Part shown: positions 10,051 through 22,242 of the stretch, in pieces
How positions within the stretch are numbered: the first letter of the stretch is position 1
How the letters are laid out: the number at the start of each line of letters is the position of its first letter
DNA from: Mobula hypostoma
Lineage: Eukaryota
NCBI RefSeq assembly: GCF_963921235.1
Contig: NC_086097.1
Coordinates: 167,464,001 to 167,528,000, forward strand
Direction of reading: 5' to 3'
Length of the DNA stretch: 64,000 nucleotides
Made by a program: the position numbers and the translations under genes
Notes under the pieces: generated by a model
Told to the model about the DNA's origin: nothing
Databases searched by the model: none
What the model saw: the letters and a program-made list of their open reading frames with translations, nothing else

Positions 10051-11439
10051 CAGCTGAACATTTGTTTCTCAACTGTTACAAACACCTTGAACTGAATGGT
10101 TTCCATCTGGGTTGTTAACTCCATAACCTTCCCATTCTTAGAGTACGGATGGAACCCTCTCTTCCTCAACATTTTACGTTGCTATACCAGCTCTTTTTCC
10201 TGGTCAAAGCATTCATTCTCATCACATGCATGAAGACATTGCCAAATATTGGAAAGGAGGAACAAAATTAATATGCTTATTGAAATTTACAGAAATTGTG
10301 ACACAAGCTTATCTTCAAACATTGGATTTACTCTCTAAATTCAACCAACGTGGGTGAAGTGGCATGTGGTATTGTAAAGTAATTATTCTGCTAAGTAAAC
10401 TGTGGAAAGTGGCTGTGCAATTAAATATATGCTGTTAAAGAGATGATAGTTGCGGGTTAAAATGGGGATGGAGTGGAACTGTTAAGCACACTTCTTAGTT
10501 GTACTTTCTTCCCCACACAGTCAATTAACTAGTCATAATGCGGGAAGCCATGAGGTTAACCAAAGCCGAGTCCCTACAGGGATAGAAAGAAAAAAATCAG
10601 AGGAAGAGAAGATCAGATGGTTTGGCATATTGGTGGTTGAGTTATTGCACTGGCATCTAGAGACCTGGACTAAATACTGAAGACAAAATCAGCATCACAG
10701 CTGAAGAATCTAACTTCAACTAACTAAACAAATCTTTGAAAGTTAAATAAAGGTAATGGTGGCTGAGAAACTACTGGTTTTTGTTGTTAAGAATCCATCT
10801 GTTTCCCTAATGTCTGTCAGCAATGGAAAGCTGTCTGGCCTAAATGTGACTCCGGATGTAATGCAATAAAGCTGACTTGGTCATTTAATTTTCAAATGGA
10901 AACACAAGAACAGATCAGTCTCTTGTGTCTCTTCACACTTGGTTTATCTCTAACTTTTCCCTTTTTGATGAAAGGCAATTGGCTTGAAATTTTAACTCTG
11001 GGCTACTCCCTCCAGAGAAGTGGCCTGACCTGTTGAGCATTTGCTGTGTTATTTCAGACTGCTGCTTCTGCTACAGTGCTTTGCCTTTGGAGGATCCCAG
11101 GGCTTGGCCTGCCGAGCAGTTTCTGTTTTATTTCAAATTGCTGCCACTGCTACAGCGTTTTGCCTTTGGATGACCCCAGGACTCGACTTGCCCAGTAAAT
11201 GAGAGGAGCAACTGGAAACCAATACGGAGTCAGCTGCTCCTTTGCGAGTTGTATTGTATTAATGCCATGACAGAGTCAGTCATTGGAGTCTGCCAGTAAC
11301 AGTCTCTCATTTGCCCAGTTTTTATGTGGTTTGGGTACTCAGGTTCCAGTACACTTCTTGGTATTTATTGACCAGATCTTCTTCCACGGAATCATAGAGT
11401 CATACAGCAAGGAAATTGTTCCTTCAGTCTATGCTAACT

Positions 11440-11992
11440 AACAAGCTGTCTAGGCCTTACTGAGATTGCACAAGGCATACCGTGTGAAGTTCTGGATGCC
11501 ATTGCAAGAGGAAAAATGTAATTAAGCTTGTGAGGGTGCAGAAAAGATTCACAAGGATGCTTCTGGGACTGGAGGGCGTACATTATGAGGAGAGATAGGA
11601 TAGGCTGGAACTGTTTTCCATGGAGTGGGGGGGGTGACCTTTCAGAAGTTTGTCAATTCATGAAGAATATAAAGAAAGTACACAGAGTCTTTTTCCCCAG
11701 GGCAGGGGAATCTAACGCTGGAGGACATGGGGTGAGCGGGAAAATAAAGGCGGATCTGAGAGGCAAGTTTCTCACATTTTGAATGAGTCTGTTGAATAAA
11801 CTGCCAGAGGAAGTAGTAGAAGCAGGTACAGTTACAATGTTTAAACGATACTTCTGCAGATAGGAAAGATTCAAAGGGATATTGGCCAAATGCAGGAAAT
11901 GGGACAAGTTCAGGAAGGCACATTGTCCAACATGACAAGTTAGGCTGAAGGGCGAAGGGCCTGTTCATGTGCTGTAACTCTGTGATTCTATG
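11440..11992 (+). mobile_element. Degenerate CR1 3' fragment
   Basis: VQKRFTRML-like coding remnant, CR1 3' UTR and CTGTGATTCTATG tail. Confidence 0.65.
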
Positions 11993-13419
11993 CTACCATT
12001 TACACTAATTCAACTGTGATCTCATTTTCTTCTCCCTACTGGTTCATCAATTTGCTCCAATTCCAACTCTCACCTAAACACCAATGACATTTTTTAAGCA
12101 TCTATTTACAACAATCCCATTTTACCCGTGCACGCTCACACCTACGCCGACCAGATTCTGCTGTTCCCCCACACATTTGGGGCAGTGTACGGTGGAAACC
12201 TGAGGACCTGGAAGAAGATGGTGCTGTGACTGAATGCAAGTTACTGGAGCTACTATGGCACACCCTAATCCTTTCACCCTATCATAAATAGTTTAAAAAA
12301 TTAGCTCGGCATTCTTTGAAGGAATGGGATGACCTTAGTGAAACTATAAGATCCTGCAATGATCTGACTGAGCAGATTTTGAGAAATTTCCTTTTGTGGG
12401 AGAGTAGTGAACAAGATGACATAGAACATAGAACATTACTGCACAGTACAAGCCCTTCTACTTATGATGTTGTGCCAGCCTTTTAACCTACTCCAAGTTC
12501 AATCTAACACCTCCCTCCAGTTTCTCATTCACAAATACTAATTAAGGGCCCAATCATATAAAACTGAGATGCATTGGAATTTCTTTTCTCATATTTTCCA
12601 TCCGGGGGAGGTTTGGAGGCTGGATCAATGGGAGCATTTAAAGATTAGGCGGGCACACTTTTGAAAGATCAGGAGATTGACGGCTATGGGAAGAGCAGAG
12701 GCAATGATACCTGTGGCAGATCAGCCATGACCATGTTGAATGTTGGAGCAGGATTAAACGGCCAGGTGATCTATATCCTATGTTCTAGAAGTCCTCAATG
12801 TGATATATTAAGTTCTTCAGGCTGGACTTTATCTTTGTCTTATCCCAGGAACAATTCCAGCACTCCTGTTCCTTGTGTTTTCTCTTTTCTGGCAATTTCT
12901 TTTACTTTGGATTTTCTGTTGACACACATTGCCATGCGATTGTAACTAAATATTGGAGGCCCCATTCATTGTAAGCACCATGCACTGCATTTCCCATTGG
13001 GTCAATCTCAGTTAACACTGTCCTTGGATCTTCCTTTCAAGTCATTTGTTTCCTCCCCTGCAGCCATTTAAGAAATCACATCAGGTACAAATAGGGTCAA
13101 AGTTTTTTTTACAGTTCAGCATGTGGGATTCCAGAGCTATCTGTTGTCTGTACTTAAAGGCAGACTGATAGCCTGAGGATTGACACAAAATGTGTATTTT
13201 ATCAGCGTGCTTACTGATCTTCAAGTCATGAGCCCCCTTAGCAACCATCATGCACTGCAACATCTTCACTCACAATAAGACCAACAAGCTGCTAATAGAA
13301 ACAAGATGTACTGACTGAACAAAGCCCAGATCTGTTCCCACCGCATCCTCCCCTTCCCTAAATAAAACAGAAAAACTTAAAATCTAAAAAGAGTAGAATT
13401 ACAGGAATAATGCCATAAA

Positions 13420-13522
13420 TACAAGTGCTGAAAATCCAAAGCAACACACACAAAACCCACCATATATGGAAATAAATAAACAGTCAACATTTCAAGCCAA
13501 GAGCCTTCTTTAGGACTGGAAA
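13420..13522 (-). mobile_element. Degenerate HHR/pLTR mini-element
   Basis: CAGTCAACATTTCAAGCCAAGAGCCTTCTTTAGGACTG is homologous to the HHR segment, with a mutated core. Confidence 0.6.
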
Positions 13523-13697
13523 GGGATACTGCCATATACTATTGGTCTTACCATAAAGAAGCAGGTTATTGAGACCATCAGATTTATACAGGAGCTCAGA
13601 GCAAACCCAGCCTCATCGCCTCCTGCTATTACCCCATAACATTTTCTCACAAATGTACCCGTTAATATTTCCATAATTCTCCCCCACACCCACTTAC

Positions 13698-14004
13698 TGT
13701 CAGGCCTGCACAGTCAGGCACCTCCTAGTATCCACCTAGATAACAGAAGTCACCTGACACTCATTTCCAACTCATCACCTGCAGCCCATTTAAACCCAGC
13801 TCTCATCCACAATCCCTGTTCACTCATTGAACCAGCCAACTGTTCCTAGTCAGCCATTTGCCTAGTCATTATAAGTACCTGTTCTGTCTTATTTTGTGGC
13901 CCCTTATGGATTGTTACTTTGCAGTTTATTAGAAAACTATCATGTACTGCTAATTTTCTCTGCTGCTCTGTTCTTGGGTCAAGCTTCCTCTACATTTCCT
14001 GACA
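13698..14004 (+). mobile_element. Short solo LTR (gypsy-like)
   Basis: Inverted termini TGTCAGG...CCTGACA; 5-bp TSD CTTAC/CTTAT; TATA-like TTTAAA; TTGGGTC near the 3' end, as in the larger LTRs. Confidence 0.65.
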
Positions 14005-14124
14005 CTTATATTGAAGACAATTTATTGTTGATAATTTGCCTACTACTCATCACTGCAATAGGAGAGGAAAGACTGACAGCTTCAAAGGTCAGACTTGAAC
14101 CCTGGTTCATAAAGTAATTGATTC

Positions 14125-14590
14125 ATTCAGCACAGAATCTGGTCCTTCAGCTCAACGGATCCATGCCAACCAAATTACTATCTAAGCCAGCCTCATTTAC
14201 GTGTATTTGGCCTGAGTCTTTCCGAACTATCAGAATTTCCTATCCATGTACCTGTCCAAGTACCTTTTAAATATTTTGAAAGTATCTGACTCAACTGTTT
14301 TCTCTGACAGCTTACTTCACTCATTAAGTGATAAAAATATCCCTCAAGTTTCTAGTAAATTTCTCCCCTCTTATCTTAAACTTGTGCCCTCTAGTTGTTG
14401 ATTCCTCAGCTCTGGAAAAATTGACTGTGTACGTCCATCCTATCTATAGCCCTCATGATTTTATACACTTTTATAAGATCACCACTCATTTTCCTATGCT
14501 CTAATGACAAAAGTTGGAGACTGCTCAATCTCTCTCCAGAATTCAGGCCCTCGAATCCCTGCAATATCCTTGTAAGTCTCCTCCGCACTG
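14125..14590 (-). mobile_element. Degenerate CR1 3' fragment
   Basis: RRLTRILQGFEGLNSGERL...GDLIKVYKIMRAIDR. Confidence 0.7.
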
Positions 14591-14799
14591 AAGCCGCACT
14601 CTATTCAGCAGTTTTCCCACTATGCTGTGAAGAATTCTAATCCAAATGCTTAAGAGGGTCAGGCTGCCTGGACATTGGTGTCTGTGAAAAATCCATTGGC
14701 CAGATAGAAGCCCAGAATGGAAGGGAATGGGGAAAGATTCAAAGGTGACTCACCTGAGGGTGAAGAGCTATTTTGGGGGAGAAAAGTACGAAACCGAGG

Positions 14800-14970
14800 T
14801 GAACTCACTTATATTTATGTCAATGTTGAAGAAGAGGGGAGAGGAAGAGAATTTTTATTTTTACTGGAAGGGGAAATCGATATTCATGCCATCAGGTTGA
14901 AAGCTACGCGGATGGAATATAAGGTATTGCTCCTGCACCCTAAGGGTGACCTCATCGTGGCACAAGAGGA
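14800..14970 (-). mobile_element. PLE GIY-YIG C-terminal fragment
   Basis: CHDEVTLRVQEQYLIFH...QPDGMNIDF matches the end of ORF 36596-37774. Confidence 0.75.
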
Positions 14971-14974
14971 TGAG

Positions 14975-15355
14975 GGGGACATTTTCAAAAGGCAATGCCT
15001 CAAAAAGACAGGATCTGACGTTAAGGATCTCCATCACCCAGGACATGCCCTCTTCTCATTGCTACCATCTAGGAGAAGACACAGGAGTCTGAAAACACGC
15101 GCTCAACATTTCAGGAACAGCTTCTTCCCCACTGCCTTCAGATTTCTGAATGGACAATGAACCCACGTACACTTTCTCACTGTTTTTTTTGTTTTGCTCT
15201 CTTTTTGTGCCAATTTAATTTATTTTATTAATAAATTTAATTTAATATATTTATAAAATATATACTTCTTATTGTAATATTCAATCTACTGCTGCTGCAA
15301 AACAACATATTTCATGACATATGCCAATGATGTTAAACCCTACTGCGATTCTGAT
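14975..15355 (+). mobile_element. Rex1/Babar-type LINE 3' end
   Basis: CLKK...KDLHHPGHALFSLLPSRRRHRSLKT...NSFFPTA C-terminus; GATTCTGAT tail. Confidence 0.75.
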
Positions 15356-15356
15356 C

Positions 15357-16830
15357 AGAACATCAGAGAAGAAACATGTCCTTCTATCCACCGTGCTCTG
15401 ACCACCAGCATCACATTTTCCTGCATTGATTCCATACTATTGTCGGTAGAATCTTTGATGAAGATGAGAGGGCGAACAGGAGCAAAATATACCAGCAAGT
15501 GGAGTCCAACGACCTTGCATTCAATGCCAGTAAGGCGAAAGAGCTGTTTGTGGACTTCGGGAAGGGTAAGATAGAAACATAGAAAATAGGTGCAGGAGTA
15601 GGCCATTCGGCCCTTCGAGCCTGCACCACCATTCAGTATGATCATGGCTGATCATCCAACTCAGAACCCTGGACTTGCCTTCTCTCCACACCCCCTGATC
15701 CCTTTAGCCGCAAGGGCCATATCTAACTCCCTCTTAAATATAGCCAATGAACTGGCCTCAACTGTTTCCTATGGCAGAGAATTCCATAGATTCACCACTC
15801 TCTGTGTGAAGAAGTTTTTCCTCATCTCAGTCCTTAAAGGCTTCCCCTTTATCCTTAAACTGTGACCCCTCTTTCTGGACTTCCCCAACAGCGGGACCAA
15901 TCTTCCTGCATCTAGCCTGTCCAATCCCTTTAGAATTTTATACGTTTCAATAAGATCCCCCCTCAATCTTCTAAATTCCAGTGAGTATAAGCCTAGTTGA
16001 TCCAGTCTTTCATCATATGAAAGTCCTGCCATCCCAGGAATCAATCTGGTGAACCTTCTTTGTACTCCCTATGTACATAAGATTACTCCCTAAGATGAGA
16101 GAACATGATCTGTCCTCATAGAGGGATCAGAAGTGGAGAGAGTGAGCAATTTCAAGTTCCTGGGCATCAAGATTTCTGAGGATCTAACCTGGTCCCAACG
16201 TATCGATGCAGCTAAAAAGAAGACAAGACAGTGGCTATATTTCATTACGAGTTTGAAGAGATTTGGTTTGTCAACTAAAACACTCGAAAACATTTATGGA
16301 TGTACAGAGAAGAGCATTCAGTATCACTGTCTGGTATGGGGTGGGGGTACTGCACAGGACCAAAAGAAGCTACAGAAAGTTGTAAGATTAGTCAGCTCCA
16401 TCTTGGGTTCTAGTTCTAGCTTCCATAATATCAAAGACATCTTCAAGGAGCGGTGCCTCAGAAAAGAAGTGTCCATTATTAAGGACCCCATCACTCAGGA
16501 CATGGCCTCTTCTCATTGTAACCATCAGGAAGGAGGTACAGGAGCCTGAAGGCACACACTCAGTGATTCAGGAACAGCTTCTTCCCCTCTGCCATCCGAT
16601 TCCTAAATGGACATTGAACCCATGGACTCCACCTCACTTTATATACATTATTTCTGTTTTGCACTATTTTGAATCTACTAAATATACATATATACTTACT
16701 GTAATTGATTTACTTATTTTTTTTATCTTTCTATACTATCATGTACTTCATTGAACTGCTGCTGCTAAGTTAACACATTTCGCGACAATGCCGGTGATAA
16801 TAAACCTGATTCTGGTTCGGATTCTGATTC
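15357..16830 (+). mobile_element. Rex1/Babar-type LINE 3' part, interrupted by a CR1
   Basis: NASKAKELFVDF before the insert and ERVSNFKFLGIKISEDLTW after it; (GATTCT)n tail. Confidence 0.8.
15573..16090 (-). mobile_element. Young ~500-bp CR1 3' fragment
   Basis: ORF 15769-16044 is the CR1 C-terminus; TSD TAAGAT (15567-15572, 16091-16096); highly similar to 54432-54955. Confidence 0.85.
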
Positions 16831-17482
16831 AATGTACCTGCTCAGATGCTTCTTAAATGTTGCTATTGTCCTTGCCTACACCACCTCCTCTGGCAGCTCA
16901 TTCCAAACACTAACTACTGTTTATGTGAAGAATTTGCCACTCAGATCTCCTTTTAATCTCTTCCATCTCACTTGAAGCACATGCCCTCCAGTTTTAAACA
17001 CCAACAAACAAACACTGGCCATCCACCCTTCATGATACCATACAAGTCTGTCCTTCACTCGGGGGGTCTAAAGATTGCTAATCTACCCAGTCAAATGTTG
17101 TGTGTGTTAAAATAAGTTGTTGCAACACTGCCAAAATCTGACCTTGCTTTACTTTTCATAATGTTCATCACAAAATTTCAATGGGAATTTTGCACAAATT
17201 CACAGGTTGTGTAGAAAGAGCTTATCACCCAAGACAACAACTTAACTAGACTGATTAATGGGACACTCAAATATTTCCATTAACAAATCAGTGTAATATA
17301 AAGCCATCTTGATCAATCATGAGTCATCAACTCTTTTAAATTTATTAACAATGAGGCTGTTTGTAATGGCCAGAATCTATCCCCATAACATAAGATGGCA
17401 TCTCAGTTTCTCAGGGTGATTTGCTTTCTCTTATTGAGGTACACCTGTCATTCCCGAAGCACATAGAGACAGAAAGTAGCCA

Positions 17483-18585
17483 ACACACACACAAAATGCT
17501 GGAGGAGCTCAGCAGGCCAGGCAGCATCTAGGAAAAGAGTACAGTCAATGTTTCGGCCTGAGACTCTTCAGCTGGACTGGAGATAAAAAGCTGAGGAGTA
17601 GATTTGAAAGGTTCCTCTTGTTCTCACCTACAACCCCACCAGTCACCACCGCTTCCAGCACATATTTCTCCAAAACTTCTGCCCCACCACCAAGCACATC
17701 TTTCCCTCCTTCCCCCACCCCCCATTTTCTGCAGGGTTCACTCCATACGCAGCTCCCTTGCCTATTCGTCCCTCCCCACTGATCTCCCTCCTGGCACTTA
17801 TCCTTGCAAGCGGAACAAGTGCTACACGTACCCCTACACCTCCTCCCTCACTATCATTCAGGGCCTCAAACAGTCCTTTCAGGTGAGGGGACACTTCACC
17901 TGTGAGTATGTTGGGGTCATATACTATGTTCGGTGATCTCGGTGCAGCCTACTGTATATTGGTGAGACCCAACGTAGAATAGGAGACCACTTCAACGAGC
18001 ACCTACGCTCCATCCAGCAGAAAAAGCGGGATCTCCCAGTGGCCACCCATTTTAATTCCACTTCCCATTCCCATTCCAATATGTCCATTCATGGCCCCCT
18101 CCATTGTTGGGATAAGGCCACACTTAGTTTGGAAGAACAACATCTTATATTTCATTTGGGTAGCCTCCAACCTGATGGAATGAACATTAATTTCTCAAAC
18201 TTCCGGTAATGCCCCCCCGCTTCACCATTTCCCATCCCCTTTTTCCTCTCTCACCTTATCTCCTTGCCCGCCCATCACCTTCCTCTGGTGCTCCTCCTCC
18301 CTTTTCTTTCTTCCATGGCCTTCTGTCTTTTTCACCAATCAACTTCCCAGCTCTTTACTTCATCCTTCTCCCTCCAAGTTTCACCTATCACCTTGTGTTT
18401 CTCTTTCTCCTGCTCCCCCTTTTAAATCTACTCCTCATCTTTTTTCCCCAATCCTGCTGAAGGGTTTCAGCCTGAAACGTTAACTGTACTCTTTTCCATT
18501 GATACTGCCTGGCCTACTGAGTTCCTCCAGCATTTTGTGTGTGTTGCTCAGATTTCCAAGATCTGCAGATTTTTTCCTGTTTGTT
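17483..18585 (+). mobile_element. 5'-truncated Neptune-type PLE with a short inverted pLTR arm (17483-~17611)
   Basis: PGTYPCKRNKCYT linker and GIY-YIG remnant to ~18209; pLTR with a degenerate HHR at ~18450-18487; imperfect TSD AGAAAGTAGCCA/AGAAAATAGTCA. Confidence 0.85.
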
Positions 18586-18749
18586 AGAAAATAGTCACTT
18601 CTTCAGATGTATTCTTTTGTCTCGTGTAATATGGCAAACGCTTAATTGAAGTCATAGAGCACCAACATAGTTACAGGTTCTTTGGTCCATTTAGTCTGGA
18701 GGCTCATGACAAGGAAGATCCTGCCTGACAAACTTACTGCAATCAGTAA

Positions 18750-19225
18750 ATCAGTGGAATTTGTTGCCATGAGCAGCTGTGGAGGACAAGTCATTGGGTG
18801 TATTTAAGGCAGAGATAGATAGGTTCTTGATTAGCCAGGGCATCAAAGGGTATGGGGTGAAGGCAGGGGAATGGGAATGACTGGATGAAGTGGATCAGCC
18901 CATGATTGAATGGTGGTGCAGACTCGATGGGCCAAATGGCCTACTTCTGCTTCTACATCTTGTGGTCTTATGGTCTAGTCTGTGCTGACTTGGTTTTCTG
19001 TCCAATCCTATCTACCTGCACCCAGGCTATAGCCTTTCATACCCCTCTCATCCATGTACATCCAAACTTCACTCAAATTTCACAACTGAACCTGCATCTA
19101 AATTCTGCTGACAGCTCAGTCCACGCTCACACCATGCTCTAAGTGAAGTAGCTCCCTCTTGGTTTCCCTTGAAATATTTCACCTTCCACCCTAAACCTAT
19201 GACCTTTGGTTCTAGTCTCACCGAA
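18750..19225. mobile_element. Two CR1 3' fragments in opposite orientation (+ to ~18975, then -)
   Basis: CR1 3' UTR with a (TATGGTCT)n tail, followed by an antisense CR1 C-terminal remnant. Confidence 0.6.
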
Positions 19226-19764
19226 TCCTAACTACACCCATCCCAATTGTGCAGCATTTCTTGAAGTTTTTTCTAGTATCTGGTCATCTCTCTTCTGGTC
19301 TTTCCTTTGGCTTTGGCCATCATTTCTCTCAACTCTGGATTCCTTCACTTCTTGACATGTCCATAATATTCAGTAGAAGATTATCAAAAAAAAATCAGTG
19401 GGGATGGGGATCTTGATCCTGGAAAGTGACTGGAGTAATAGCAAATGTGTATAGTGCAAATATTGCAATGTTTTGCACTTTGGGAGAAAGCCTTGCAATT
19501 GGAGAAATCTTTGCAGTGGCAGAGAGGGAAAGATTGTTTGCTGGTAACATTACTGCACTAGCAATCTTGCAGGAAGAGTCATGAACAGAAGACAGCAGTT
19601 AATTCCCAACACTCTCACTAGAGAATTTAAATTTACACAATTCATAAATTCTGGCATAAATTGTTAGTTTCAGTAAGACTGGGTGTAAATCTACCAAAAC
19701 CTTTCAAGCTTATGGGGGAAGGAAATCTGCTGTCCTTAACTGGCCTGGCTTACACTAAAGAAAT

Positions 19765-20320
19765 TCAGCATGACCCTGTGACTCCCACCAATTTTTGTAA
19801 GTGCATCATAGAAAGCCTCTTATCCAGATGCATCATAGCTTGGTATGGCAACTGCTCTGCTGAAGGCCACATAAAACTACACAAGAAATTACAGTGAGTT
19901 GTTAACAAAGCCCAATGCGTCACGCGAACTGACCACCTCTCCATTGACTCCATCTTCATTTCCCACTACCTTGGAATAACAGCCAATATAATCACGAACC
20001 CCTCCCATCCCATTCATTTCCTCTTCTCCCCTGCTGCGTTGGGCAGAAGATAACATCAGACTTGAGGATAGCTTCTATTCCACTGTTATCGGATTCTTAA
20101 ACCATCCTCTCATATACTAAAAGATGAACACTTAATCCCCCAGTCTTCTTTATCCTGGCCCTAGCACTTTATTTGTCTACCCACACTGCACTTTCTCAGC
20201 AAATGAAACATTATATTCTACCGATTTCTATTTACTACCTCAGTGAAATTATGTACGACAATCTACCTGGATTGCAGGCAGAATAAAATTTTTTCGCTGT
20301 ACCTTGGTACATAAGATTAA
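19765..20320 (+). mobile_element. Degenerate Rex1/Babar 3' end
   Basis: TNFCKCIIESLLSRCIIAWYGNCS...KKLQ motif. Confidence 0.7.
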
Positions 20321-20997
20321 GATCAGTTTTATTTGTCACATACAGTACATCAGAGCCTCAAAACATACAGTGAAATGCATCATTTGTATCAATGGCCAAC
20401 ACAGTTTGAGAAGGTGCTGAGGGCAGCCTATAAGTGTCGGCATGTTTTTGGTGCTAACATAGCTTACCCGTGACCCTGGCCTGTGCATCTTTGGAAAGTG
20501 AGAGAAAACCAGATGACCCAGAGGCAGCCCAGCTGGTCATGGAGAGAACGTACAAACTGCTTACAGGAGCGGCAGGAACAATGTGATAATAATAAGCCAA
20601 CTACTCCTGCAACACCCCTTCAAATGCAAGGGCACAGAGAGATGGACAATAAATGCTGGTCTTGCTGATCTTGACAGATAACTTAGAAAGACCTTTAACC
20701 GTCTGCAAGATGTACAAAAGCCCTCTGAAGTAAATTATTTTTGAGGGGATATTGCAGTTGTTCTTCCCAGATGTACAGTATATCCTTATCGCAGACTGCA
20801 CAACTGGGCTGTCCAAAGAAATGCATTATTGTTGCACTTGTAGCAGCTTAACAACAATAAGTTGCATTTACATAGTAGCTTTGTTGTATAAAAAAATCTC
20901 CCAAGGTGCTCTTCAGGAGAGTTAGCAGAATGAATCCATCACTGAATTATTTTAGGAAATGTTTGGACAAGTGACTTGAATGTTTGGTCCAACTAAA

Positions 20998-21937
20998 TCA
21001 TTTATAAATGACCTGGATAAGGAAGTGGAGGGAGGGGTTAGTAAATTTGCTGATGACACAAAGGTTGGGGATGTTGTGGATAGTGTGGAGGGCTGTCAGA
21101 GGTTACAGTGGGATATTGATAGGATGCAAAACTGGGCTGAGAAGTGGCAGATGGAGTTCAACCCAGATAAGTGTGAAGTGATTCATTTTGGTAGGTCAAA
21201 TATGATGGCAGAATATAGTACTAATGGTAAAACTCTTGGCAGTGTGAAGGATCAGAGGGATCTTGGGATCCGAGTCCATAGGACACACAAAGATGCTGCG
21301 CAGATTGACTCTGTGGTTAAGAAGGCATATGGTGCATTGGCCTACATCAGCTGTGAGATTGAGTTTAAGAGCCAAGAGGTAATGTTACAACTATACAGGA
21401 CCTTGGTCAGACCCCACTTGGAGTACTGTGCTCAGTTCTGGTCACCTCACTACAGGAAGGATGAGGAAATGATAGAAAGGACACCAAGGAGATTTACAAG
21501 GATGTTGCCTGCATCCTTATGAGAATAGGTTGAGTGAACTCAGCCTTTTCTCCTTGGAGCGACGGAGGATGGGAGGTGACCTGATAGAGGTGTATAGGAT
21601 GATGAGAGGCATTGATCATGTGAATAGTCAGAGGCTTTTTCCAAGGCTGAAATGGCTAACACGAGAGCAGTTTTAAGGTGCTTGGAAGTAGGTACAGAGG
21701 TGATGTCAGGGGTAAGTTTTTTATGCAGAGAGTGGTGAGTGCGTGGAATAGGCTGCCAGCGACGGTGGTGGAGGTGGATATGATAGGGTCTTTTAAGAGA
21801 TAGGTACATGGACCTTAAAAAAGTAGGAGGCTATGGGTAACCCTAGGTAATTTCTAATGTAAGTATATGTTCAGCATAGCATTGTGGGCCGAAGGACCTG
21901 TATTGTGTTGTAGGTTTTCTATGTTTCTATGTTTCTA
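20998..21937 (+). mobile_element. 5'-truncated CR1 (related to copy A)
   Basis: FINDLD, FADDTK, VRPHLEYCAQFW motifs; (TTCTATGT)n tail. Confidence 0.88.
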
Positions 21938-22242
21938 AAAACCTGCCGAGGCTGGGAGCTGAAATAAGACAGAAAATTCCAGAAATACTCAATGGGACAC
22001 GGAACAATTTGTGAATTGAGAAACAAAAATTAAACTTTCAGATCACTGAGTGGTCATCATAATTAAAATATTGGATCTGACTGTGCTTGATACAACTATG
22101 CATGCACCCACAGCTCAACTATCCTGATCACAGAACCACAGAAAGTTTATGATGCAGAAAGAGGCTTTTCAGCCCATCATGCCTGTGCAAGTTTAGAAAG
22201 ACTCCCCAGTCATGCTCTCTCCTCGCTGCTGGTATCAGGAAG

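Noticed and set aside
20680..20930. Possible host exon after TTCTTCCCAG
   Set aside because: No recognisable protein and no convincing donor site. The same applies to candidates near 31439-31801 and 39830-40033. Small exons cannot be excluded without RNA data.
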